This document shows positions 17,535 to 26,054 of a stretch of 32,000 bases of DNA, piece by piece. Below the pieces are notes generated by a model. The model was not told the DNA's origin. It saw only the letters and a program-made list of their open reading frames with translations, and searched no databases. This DNA is from Telmatocola sphagniphila (lineage in GTDB: Bacteria; Planctomycetota; Planctomycetia; Gemmatales; Gemmataceae). Each line of letters opens with the position of its first letter. The stretch's first letter is position 1. The position numbers were made by a program, and so were the translations under genes. The stretch covers positions 750,001 through 782,000 of the forward strand of contig NZ_CP074694.1 in NCBI RefSeq assembly GCF_018398935.1. The letters run 5' to 3'.

Positions 17535-19613
17535 TTACTTCTTCGCTTGAGCCCGCATTAATTCCAGCTGGCTGGCTACCGGCTTCAAGTCGGCTTCCGC
17601 AGCCGCCAGTTTCTGCTGTAACGGGGGTATTTCTTTCTCCGTTGCTGGAATGGCTTGCTGTTTCAGCGGCATGGCCTGGGTTACTGTCTGGACGGTAGTT
17701 TTGGCCGTGGTCAGGTTCTTTTGAGCTTCGATGTACTTCGGCCCCGACATGTTGACGAACGACTGGCGTTCCATCAAAGTTTTGCGGGCAGCGGCGAGTT
17801 CCGTATTAGCGGTATCGAGTTGCGTCTTGGCCTGATTGAAGAGAGCTAAAAGCTCGTCGTTCCCTTTTGCTGCATCGACTTCCGTCTTAAACTTCGTGGC
17901 CGTCTCGGTGAAGATTTTCACTTTGACTTCCTTGGCTTTCAGCGTGTTTTGAGCCGCCTGCATATCTCCAGCGGCTTTATCCGCCGCCGCTTTCAGAGTA
18001 GGCAGATTGGCTTCCAGAGTCTTGACCATCGTCTGCGCATCGGTCAAAGCTTTTTGAGAATTCCCGAACTCCAGTCGGAGCGTGGCCAACTTCTTCTGAG
18101 CGGCTTCGAGATCGCTCTTGGCCTGATTCACCTTGGCCTGCTTCTCAGCAAAAAGCTTTTCGATGACGGCGAGCCGATCCGCGAAAGCCGGGGGATTGGT
18201 GTTCACCGAACCCAGGGTGACATCGTCTGTGATTCGAGAAGCTCGAACCTCACCGGTCCAATCGCCCGAATAGATGATCTGTGCATCGTGGCTGACGCCG
18301 ACTCGCAGTCCCAGATCATTCAAGGCCTTGAAGTTCTTCTGGGGATTGCCTGCAGCGTCCCAAATCTTGGGAGTGCGATCGCGGCCAACGCTGACGAGGC
18401 GGTTGTCGTGAGCGTATTTCACAGCTTGGACGCCACCGCCATGGGCGCTGATGGCCTTGGTCTGGGCGCCGTTCTCCATTTCCCAGGTACGAATCGTACC
18501 ATCTTCGCTGCCGCTGGCAAGAATGTTAGAATCGTCGCGCCAGGAGAGATCGAGAATCGCGGCGGTATGCCCGCGAAGATTGTAGAATTCGCGACCGTTC
18601 GCTGCTTCCCAAACGAATAGACCGCCGGAGCGATCCGACGAGGCGAGCAAGACCCCATCCGGGCTGAATTCCAGAGCGTAAATCCAGTCGGTATGTTTCT
18701 TGATTTCACGAACCAGGGAACCATCCTTGGTGGAGTAGATGCGAATCATCTTGGAAGGACCGCCCAGAGCGATTTGGGTCTGATCGGCACTGATATCCGC
18801 GGCTAGCACCGCATCGTTCTCATTACCCACTTCAATAATCTGCTGACCAGTTTTTACATTCCAAACGACGACCTTGCCCGAAAGACCCCCACGTCCGCCG
18901 CCGGCCAACAGCAAGCTCCCGTTACGGCTGAACTTTATAACGGTGGGCATGCCATGTTTGAAAGGGATGACATCCAGTAAAGCCATCGTTTCGCCATGGT
19001 AGAGCAGGATATCTTTAGGACCACCGACCGCAACCAGGGGAGCCCAGGGACTTACCGCCAGGGCCACCACGGCGTTCGCCTTGGGTGTGACCTTGGTAGT
19101 GTCGCGAGGCTTTCGAAGTTCCGGCATCGGGGGTGGTCCGTCGGGTCGGCCCCGTTTGATCGAAACCAGCGAAACGTCGGCCGTAGCCTTGGCCGCGACG
19201 GCTTTACTTCCCGAATTTTCGAGCAGTCCGCCGTTGATCCAAGCGGTGATAGTATCGAGGGCTTCCTTCGCTAAGGGAGCGGAATTGGGCGGCATCTTCG
19301 GCTCGGCTTTATGCGAGGAAAGCAGATAGAGACGGCTCGAACTAATGTCGCCGGCCTTGACGACTTCCCCGGAGGAACCGCCTTCCATCATTTTGGAGAA
19401 CGTACTGAGATCCAGGCCGCCTTTGGCTTTGTCGGCATTATGGCAGCTCAGACATTTTTCGCGTAGGATCGGCATTATGTGCTGATCGTAGGTGATTTTC
19501 ACCTTGGTGTCTTTGCTGTCCTTCGGAGCCTGGGCTTGAATCGAAGATTCGATTGACGCCCAGCCGAGAAGCGAGATAAGCAGAACAAGTAAGCGCATAT
19601 CAATCCACCGCAA
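17535..19613 (-). CDS. PSCyt1 (planctomycete cytochrome c domain)-WD40 repeat-coiled-coil secreted protein
   Basis: Signal peptide. 'ILREKCLSCHNADKAKGGLDLSTF...MPP...WINGG' is the PSCyt1 domain with CxxCH. It is followed by multiple WD40-like repeats ('GHTAAILDLSWRDDSNILASGSEDGTIRTWE' and others). The last ~200 aa are an A/K/Q/L/T-rich coiled coil. Confidence 0.85.
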   Translation of the reverse strand: MRWIDMRLLVLLISLLGWASIESSIQAQAPKDSKDTKVKITYDQHIMPILREKCLSCHNADKAKGGLDLSTFSKMMEGGSSGEVVKAGDISSSRLYLLSSHKAEPKMPPNSAPLAKEALDTITAWINGGLLENSGSKAVAAKATADVSLVSIKRGRPDGPPPMPELRKPRDTTKVTPKANAVVALAVSPWAPLVAVGGPKDILLYHGETMALLDVIPFKHGMPTVIKFSRNGSLLLAGGGRGGLSGKVVVWNVKTGQQIIEVGNENDAVLAADISADQTQIALGGPSKMIRIYSTKDGSLVREIKKHTDWIYALEFSPDGVLLASSDRSGGLFVWEAANGREFYNLRGHTAAILDLSWRDDSNILASGSEDGTIRTWEMENGAQTKAISAHGGGVQAVKYAHDNRLVSVGRDRTPKIWDAAGNPQKNFKALNDLGLRVGVSHDAQIIYSGDWTGEVRASRITDDVTLGSVNTNPPAFADRLAVIEKLFAEKQAKVNQAKSDLEAAQKKLATLRLEFGNSQKALTDAQTMVKTLEANLPTLKAAADKAAGDMQAAQNTLKAKEVKVKIFTETATKFKTEVDAAKGNDELLALFNQAKTQLDTANTELAAARKTLMERQSFVNMSGPKYIEAQKNLTTAKTTVQTVTQAMPLKQQAIPATEKEIPPLQQKLAAAEADLKPVASQLELMRAQAKK

Positions 19614-19649
19614 AGTAATCGAAGGATGCCAAAATCCCGGGACCAGGAT

Positions 19650-22073
19650 TTAGTGGTTGAACAAAAACTCTCGTGAATTCAGTACAGCCCAGAAAATATC
19701 TTCGAGGACTCGTTTCTTATCCTTCTCTCCCGCCAGGGCTAACTGGAGTTTGCCCATCTCCTGAGTGGTCGGCTTGCGAACGAGAGTTCGGATATAAATC
19801 TCCTCGATAATCTCCTCGGGAGATTTCTTCTCCTGAAGCATTCGACCGATCAGGTTCCCCTGAAGTATCCGCTGCGTGGTCGCATCGCCGTTAAGCATGT
19901 GCAGCGACTGGGAGAGCGAGGGATCCAGTTTCACTTCGCAGGAGCAAACTGTCTCTCGGCTCGCCCGGCCGAACGTCGTCAGGAAGTAGTTGGAGACGTT
20001 ACCATCGGCAATCTGCACGGCCCGGGCTCCCAGAGGCAGGCCGGGAAACTTGTTCTTGGTTTCCGTCACTTCCGAAATGCAGTCGAGCATGGTTTCGGCC
20101 CGAATTCGGCGCACCGTCGCTTTGGCGAAGTTGCGAGTGTCGGAAGCATTGCTATCATTACCGGTCGTTGACAGTTGATAGGTGCGAGACAAGCAAATAT
20201 CCTTTACTAGTTTCTTCAAGTCGTACTTGTAGTTGGTGAATTGCCTGCCCAATTCATTCAGCAGTTCGGCATTGGAAGCCGGATTGCTGACCCGCACATC
20301 ATCGACTTCATCGATGATGCCTTTGCCGAAAAAGTGTGCCCAGACGATGTTTGCCATATTGGTGGCGAAGTAAGGATTTTCGGGAGAGGCCAGCCATTCT
20401 GCCAGAACAATCCGGCGGTCCTTCCCTTTTACATCCGGTTCTTCTCCGCCGAGGAATTTCGGTGCCATCACCCGGCCCCCCAGCAAGTGACGAACTTCAC
20501 CACCGCCGGTGTTGAAGACGATTCGCTCGCGAGGATCGTCCGCTTGTTTTCGACCAATCTGAGCGAAGAAGGCCGCGAAACCGTAGTAATCGTTCATCGT
20601 CCAACGATCAAACGGATGATTATGGCATTGGGAGCATTGGATTCGCATGCCCATAAAGACCTGAGCCACATTCTCCGATATTTTCAGAATGTCATTCTCA
20701 CCCTCGAAGTAGTTGCTGGCGGGGTTCTTGAAGGTGCCACCGCTGGCGGAAAGCAATTCCTTTACCCATTCATTCACCGGTACGTTGCGGGCAATCTTGT
20801 CCTGCAGCCAGTTGTAATAAAGCAGAGTAGCCTTGTAGCTGACCTGATTGCCGGATCGGATCTGAAGCAGTTCCGCCCACTTCATCACCCAGAGTTCCGC
20901 AAACTCTTTGCGAGACAACAGATCATCCACCAGGGCTTCCCGCTTGTTGGGATTCTTGTCGGCCATGTACTTGCGATATTCTTCGGGCGTGGGCAGTACG
21001 CCGACGACATCGATGAACACCCGCCGGATAAATTCTTCATCCGTGCAAAGGCCGGAGGGCTCAATGCGGAGTTTTTCGAGTTTGTTGTGAACCAACTTGT
21101 CGATGTAATTGTTTTCCGGAAGCTTCTTGGCTTCGAATTGCAGTCCCTTAGGCAAAACCACGAAGGGAGAACCGATCGTAAAGGTGGCAAATCGAGCCAT
21201 CACGAAGGCTTCCCCTCGTTCTCCCGCCGTAATCACTCCATTTGAATCCACCTTGGCGGAGTTGTCGTTGTTGCTGAGGAACAGAGCCAGGGAAGTCACA
21301 TCGCGGTCGGTACCATCCGAATACTTGGCTCGAACCGTCAACCGTTGCGTGGTCCCTTTGCCATCGAGAACACCGGCTTTGGGATACACTTCCATGGAGA
21401 CCGGCTTGGCGACCGTGAGCTCATCTATCGGCAAACCCGCTTCATGCCATCGAATCAGCGTCTGGTAATATTGATCGCCGACTTTGATTTTATCGCCACC
21501 CGTGTGCGGCACTTTGCCACAGGCTTTTTCGATCAAAAGACCTTCTTCGGGAAACGCCTGATTCACCCGACGGCCATTAATTTCGCGGGTGAGACGATAG
21601 TGGTCTCCATCCGGATCGAAACCGAATAACGAGAGTCGGAAGCCGTCTTTACCGCGGGCCGCTCCATGGCAGGCACCGGAATTACAACCCGAACGCATGA
21701 AAATCGGCATCACATCCAGCTTGAAGCTGATGGGACGGTCGACTTTGGCTTGCTTTACACTCATCGGGACTTTTACAGTTTTCTTACCGTAGGAAATGGC
21801 GACTTCAGTCGAGCCATCCGCTATCGGATAGAGGACGTTTTTGTCCAGGCGAACTAGTGCCGGATTAGCGATCTGCACTGTGGCCTGATCGGTAACATCC
21901 TGCGTAATGCCGTTCGCGTAAGTGGCCTGAATCACGTAGGACTGATAATCCCGAGAGGTTTCCAAATTAAAGTCTGCTGGGAAAACTTCTACCTTGACCG
22001 GATCTTCTGCACGCAGGGATGCGGAACTTAAGAACAGTAGAAGAACCGTGGTAAGTGCTGAGTTTATTTTCAT
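19650..22073 (-). CDS. Big_2-DUF1549 (PSCyt2)-DUF1553 (PSD1) secreted protein
   Basis: Signal peptide MKINSALTTVLLLFLSSASLRAEDP and an Ig-like N-terminal domain. 'MPIFMRSGCNSGACHGAARGKDGFRLSLFGFDP' is the DUF1549 block. 'IQCSQCHNHPFDRWTMNDYY' is the DUF1553 block with CxxCH. Confidence 0.9.
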   Translation of the reverse strand: MKINSALTTVLLLFLSSASLRAEDPVKVEVFPADFNLETSRDYQSYVIQATYANGITQDVTDQATVQIANPALVRLDKNVLYPIADGSTEVAISYGKKTVKVPMSVKQAKVDRPISFKLDVMPIFMRSGCNSGACHGAARGKDGFRLSLFGFDPDGDHYRLTREINGRRVNQAFPEEGLLIEKACGKVPHTGGDKIKVGDQYYQTLIRWHEAGLPIDELTVAKPVSMEVYPKAGVLDGKGTTQRLTVRAKYSDGTDRDVTSLALFLSNNDNSAKVDSNGVITAGERGEAFVMARFATFTIGSPFVVLPKGLQFEAKKLPENNYIDKLVHNKLEKLRIEPSGLCTDEEFIRRVFIDVVGVLPTPEEYRKYMADKNPNKREALVDDLLSRKEFAELWVMKWAELLQIRSGNQVSYKATLLYYNWLQDKIARNVPVNEWVKELLSASGGTFKNPASNYFEGENDILKISENVAQVFMGMRIQCSQCHNHPFDRWTMNDYYGFAAFFAQIGRKQADDPRERIVFNTGGGEVRHLLGGRVMAPKFLGGEEPDVKGKDRRIVLAEWLASPENPYFATNMANIVWAHFFGKGIIDEVDDVRVSNPASNAELLNELGRQFTNYKYDLKKLVKDICLSRTYQLSTTGNDSNASDTRNFAKATVRRIRAETMLDCISEVTETKNKFPGLPLGARAVQIADGNVSNYFLTTFGRASRETVCSCEVKLDPSLSQSLHMLNGDATTQRILQGNLIGRMLQEKKSPEEIIEEIYIRTLVRKPTTQEMGKLQLALAGEKDKKRVLEDIFWAVLNSREFLFNH

Positions 22074-22075
22074 GG

Positions 22076-24517
22076 TTATTTGTCCTTCTTCTCTTCCTTG
22101 GAAGCTTTTTCTCGCTCTTCCTGTTCCAACCGAAGTTGTTCCAGTCGGGAGAGGCGTTTAGTCGGCTGGGCGGGGTTGGCCGCGGGTTGATTCGGTTTCG
22201 GGGGAGTATTCGCCGGAGGCTTGGCCGCAACAATCGGGACATCCACCCGTAATTCCGATGCTCCCAGATTGTGCGAAATCGGCTCGCCATTCTTAAGGAT
22301 CACCACGTTACAGAAGATGTTGCGATGGATGCCAGCGGGCGTGGTTGCTTCCGTTTTCAGGGGGAAAGCGACTTCGGCCGTTCCTTTATCGAACTGGATA
22401 TCCTGCGTCGCCACTTTTGGCGGCAGGTTCACCAGTCGAATGGTCGCCTTGCCGTCGAAGGGTTGGAGGTTTTTCAGCTTCACGAACATCTGAGTATCCT
22501 TGCCTTGCTCTACAGCGCCGCGTTCTATCGTAACGGCCATAAAAGGGCTGGCAATTTCCAGAGTTGCCAGTTGCGAGGATACCCAAACCGGTCCATCCCC
22601 GACGGTAGCTTCGGCCTGAACCACATAATCCCATTTGCGAACCGGTGCACCACCATTCGCGTTCAGTGGGAGAATGGTTTCTGTCTGGCCATCGGGAATA
22701 GTTGCGGAACCCGCGGAGCCAACGCCCGGAGGGTTATAGAGCGGGTAGATATTGATCGGGCCTTTGAAGCCGTTCTTTCGCTCGGCGACGATCTTCAAAT
22801 TCATCGTACCATTCTGAACCAAAGGCACCTTGGGTTCGACGATCCGGACGCTGAAGGGTGCCTCTTTGGTAACTGCAATGGCGGCCTTGGGTAGGCGAGG
22901 AGCCCAGAAAATCGAATTGTTCTGGCCGAGAATCATTTCCGGCGTCTGGTGAAAATGACTAACTAATTGAAGTTTGGGATCGACCGCACTGCCGAGTATT
23001 TGGACGAAGCGAGTTTCGATAGGTGCATCGGCGTCTGCTTCAAAAACGATGGGTTGAACGGTCATATTCGCAGCCATCACATTCGTGCTGGCTTTGACCT
23101 TGGTCGGTAATGCATCCCAGCCAAGTTTCAGATCGCCGCCCCAATCCTGTCTGCCGGCGGAGAGTAGTACCGCGAAGCGATTTCCTCGAGGCACTGCGAT
23201 GGATTGACGATCCTGGGAATATTGAACCGGCTTAACCGTCGTGAGTTCGACTTTGGCCTGAACGGGCGCGACCTCTATGCGATAAAAGTAGTTCGGTCCG
23301 CCTTTGCGAAGGTGGTCGTAGATTCCCAAAATGTAATCCCCATCGGCCGGGATGCCGAATCGGAAGTAGCTATCCGGGCCACCGGAGTCGTCGTTGGCGG
23401 CGAGAACCGCTCCTTTATCGTTGGAAATTTGAAGAACGGAATCTAAAGTGGAACCGAGTTGGCGGGCGAACACCCGGAAGTCGTACACTTCCCCTTTTTT
23501 CGCTGTAAAGCGGTAGTAATCGACATCATTGGGTTTTTCGACGACACCGTTGATGGCTCCAGGCGCACCCACTTTGATAGCCTGAGCCACAGTGTTATTC
23601 GGTTGAGTCTTGAGGTAATTCGTCAGGTTGCTCAGGCGAATCGGCACACCGGAGGCTGCCGTTTTGCCATTTTCCTCAGCGAAAATATCAACCTTGGTGT
23701 CAAGCTGACCCATTGGAACTTTGATTCGTCGCTTCAAGGGGCCGGTTGCATCGCCAATAAATGTCACATCCATCTCTTCGCCCGGTTTGCCGCCCAGGGG
23801 CAGCACTCCCAGCGGTCGGGGATAGGTGTGCACGTGCAAGCGGTAGTGGCTGTTGCCACTGCCCTGATAAGCGGTTTCCCGAACCTGTACGTAGTACTTG
23901 CCATCCGCCGGAGCAATGATCGAAAGTAAGCCATCCTGTGAGAACAACGGCGAGTCATCAGAGGCCGACAATTCAAATCGTTTGGAATCCAGAATGGCCA
24001 CATAAGGATCGAAGAAAGCTTCTCCTAGTCGCATCGCTTCGATTTCTACTGCCAACCGCTGGCCTTTTTTCAATTCGACTTGGAAATAGTCGTTATCTTC
24101 ATTGGTGATGGTGCCGTGCACAGTCACGTTCAACGGAATTTTCTGCGGGGCCGTGAATTCGTTATTAGGTTCTTTTTCATCGATTACGGGGAAAGGGCCG
24201 ACCCAGAAAGTACACATCGGCGTGATGCCGGAATCGCATCGGAGTCGGAAATAATGTTCGCCGAGCGGACAATCATTTTTGATCCGCAGGTGCACGGCCA
24301 CCTGCTGCTTGCTCAGTACGTCGAGACTGATGACCTCAAAATGGTCGTCGTAGAAGAAGACATCTTTCGCATCATCGAGGTTGGATCCGGTGAAGACGAG
24401 ATCCACTTCGGTACCCCGTTCGCCGCCCCGGGGCATAATCGTGCTCAACTGCGGATTAGAGGCACGCGCGAATGAGGCAAATACGAGGAGAAACGTGAAA
24501 CCCAATAGTCGATTCAC
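22076..24517 (-). CDS. secreted protein with two pre-peptidase C-terminal (PPC) domains and Ig-like domains
   Basis: 'EPNNEFTAPQKIPLNVTVHGTITNEDNDYFQVELKKGQRL' and 'VEKPNDVDYYRFTAKKGEVYDF...ANDDSGGPDSYF' are PPC-domain signatures. The start is set to GTG at 24517, which gives the signal peptide (M)NRLLGFTFLLVFASFARA. The track start at 24586 lies inside a terminator hairpin, and GTG at 24544 is another option. Confidence 0.75.
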   Translation of the reverse strand: MNRLLGFTFLLVFASFARASNPQLSTIMPRGGERGTEVDLVFTGSNLDDAKDVFFYDDHFEVISLDVLSKQQVAVHLRIKNDCPLGEHYFRLRCDSGITPMCTFWVGPFPVIDEKEPNNEFTAPQKIPLNVTVHGTITNEDNDYFQVELKKGQRLAVEIEAMRLGEAFFDPYVAILDSKRFELSASDDSPLFSQDGLLSIIAPADGKYYVQVRETAYQGSGNSHYRLHVHTYPRPLGVLPLGGKPGEEMDVTFIGDATGPLKRRIKVPMGQLDTKVDIFAEENGKTAASGVPIRLSNLTNYLKTQPNNTVAQAIKVGAPGAINGVVEKPNDVDYYRFTAKKGEVYDFRVFARQLGSTLDSVLQISNDKGAVLAANDDSGGPDSYFRFGIPADGDYILGIYDHLRKGGPNYFYRIEVAPVQAKVELTTVKPVQYSQDRQSIAVPRGNRFAVLLSAGRQDWGGDLKLGWDALPTKVKASTNVMAANMTVQPIVFEADADAPIETRFVQILGSAVDPKLQLVSHFHQTPEMILGQNNSIFWAPRLPKAAIAVTKEAPFSVRIVEPKVPLVQNGTMNLKIVAERKNGFKGPINIYPLYNPPGVGSAGSATIPDGQTETILPLNANGGAPVRKWDYVVQAEATVGDGPVWVSSQLATLEIASPFMAVTIERGAVEQGKDTQMFVKLKNLQPFDGKATIRLVNLPPKVATQDIQFDKGTAEVAFPLKTEATTPAGIHRNIFCNVVILKNGEPISHNLGASELRVDVPIVAAKPPANTPPKPNQPAANPAQPTKRLSRLEQLRLEQEEREKASKEEKKDK

Positions 24518-24551
24518 GGTGGTGTACCTTCGAGGGAGAATCACGGCGATC

Positions 24552-24586
24552 AAAAAATATGCCCCGCTGTTGACGCAGCGGGGCAT
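24552..24586 (-). terminator. rho-independent terminator or attenuator immediately after the DUF1501 gene
   Basis: On the minus strand: ATGCCCCGCTG-CGTCAA-CAGCGGGGCAT, an 11-bp perfect stem (8 G:C) with a 6-nt loop (24586..24559). It is followed by A-TTTTTT (24558..24552). The hairpin begins 14 nt after the stop at 24601..24603. Confidence 0.7.
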
Positions 24587-24600
24587 GGCAAATCGATTAA

Positions 24601-25944
24601 TTAGGCAAGCAGATCTTTGCGGGCCTTCCCACCGTTGACGATGTCAATCGGTCGGCTACCGGGAGCGATGAGCACCTTTTCCGAGGGAATGCCCAGGCAA
24701 GTGTACATCGTGGTAGCCAAGTCTTCGACGGTCAAAGGATCATCTTCCGGTTCGGTTGCGGTCGGGTCGGAGGAACCGTAAACGATTCCCTTCTTGATGC
24801 CGCCACCGGCGAGAACGACGCTGAACACTTTGGGCCAGTGATCGCGACCCGCGGTCGCATTAATCTTCGGCGTTCGACCGAATTCACTGGAAACCATAAC
24901 CAATGTCGAATCCAGCAGGCCTCGCTGCGAGAGATCTGTGATCAAAGCTGCAAAGGCCTTATCGAACTCGGGCAGTTGCGATTTCATGCCATCTTTGATG
25001 TTGTTGTGCATGTCCCAGCCGCCGTAGGTCAGGGTCACGAATCGCACACCGGCTTCCACCAACCGACGAGCCATCAGCATGCGCTGGCCAGCGGCGTTAC
25101 GGCCGTAGGTGTCGCGGAGTTTGGCATCTTCCTTGTTGATGTCGAAGGCTTCTTTGGCTTTTTCCGAGGAAATCAGCGAATAAGCCTGCTGGTAGAAGGT
25201 GTCCATGGCCGCGATGTTATCGGCCTTCTCGCGAGTGGCGAAATGATCGTTCACGGTTTCGAGGATGCTCTTGCGAGTGCTGAATCGCTTGTCGTCCACG
25301 CCGTTGGGAAGCGACAGATCCTGAACGCGGAAACCCGGATTGGCCGGGTCGCTACCGAGGCTGAACGGGCCGAACTTGGAACTGAGGTAGCCGCTGCCGG
25401 CAAAGTTCGTCGGCATGTTGGGAATGCAGATATAAGGCGGCAGGTTGTTCCGTACGCCGAATTCGTGAGCGACAATGGTGCCGAAGCTGGGGAAGATCAA
25501 AGCAGGGCTGGGCTTATATCCCGTGAACATGTTATGCGTGCCGCGTTCGTGGGCCGCTTCGCCGTGGGTCATCGAACGGCAAATAGCGATCTTATCGACG
25601 ACCTGAGCGGTCGATTTCATGTGTTCGCTTAAGTAAACGCCGTCGATTTTGGTTTTGGTGACCCCGATTTCGCCCCGGTATTCCAGCGGAGCAGTCGGTT
25701 TGGGGTCGAAGGAATCCTGATGCGCCATCCCGCCCGGCAGGAAGATGTGGATGACCGATTTCGCCTTGCCTTCTTTGCTCTTGAGGCTAGCACGGTCTTC
25801 GCCGGCATTGGCCGACTGTAACCGCAGAAACCCGTCCAGGGTAAGACCGAAGCAGCTTAAAGCTCCAACGGAAATAGCGGTACGGCGGCTGGGGCGAAAA
25901 TGCGCGGGATCATCAAACCACGTAACGGCTTTCATAGATTCCAA
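24601..25944 (-). CDS. DUF1501 domain protein (sulfatase/alkaline-phosphatase-like fold), Tat-like signal
   Basis: 'SRRTAISVGALS' is a twin-arginine-like N-terminus. 'IHIFLPGGMAHQDSFDPKP', 'GGWDMH' and 'SEFGRTPKIN...GRDHWP' are typical DUF1501 blocks. SD-like GGAGG lies 9 nt upstream of the ATG. Confidence 0.9.
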   Translation of the reverse strand: MESMKAVTWFDDPAHFRPSRRTAISVGALSCFGLTLDGFLRLQSANAGEDRASLKSKEGKAKSVIHIFLPGGMAHQDSFDPKPTAPLEYRGEIGVTKTKIDGVYLSEHMKSTAQVVDKIAICRSMTHGEAAHERGTHNMFTGYKPSPALIFPSFGTIVAHEFGVRNNLPPYICIPNMPTNFAGSGYLSSKFGPFSLGSDPANPGFRVQDLSLPNGVDDKRFSTRKSILETVNDHFATREKADNIAAMDTFYQQAYSLISSEKAKEAFDINKEDAKLRDTYGRNAAGQRMLMARRLVEAGVRFVTLTYGGWDMHNNIKDGMKSQLPEFDKAFAALITDLSQRGLLDSTLVMVSSEFGRTPKINATAGRDHWPKVFSVVLAGGGIKKGIVYGSSDPTATEPEDDPLTVEDLATTMYTCLGIPSEKVLIAPGSRPIDIVNGGKARKDLLA

Positions 25945-26054
25945 CCTCCTGGATGGTTATTCAACAATTACAACAAAGCAAAGCTGAGGCATCGGCGGAT
26001 ATTTTAAGGAGAGCTTTGATCATCGAATAGTATATGACATTCAGACAACGGTTG

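Noticed and set aside
20241-21245. 334-aa ORF on the plus strand
   Set aside because: It is antisense to the DUF1549/DUF1553 gene, whose conserved blocks are unambiguous. It has no motifs or signal sequence.
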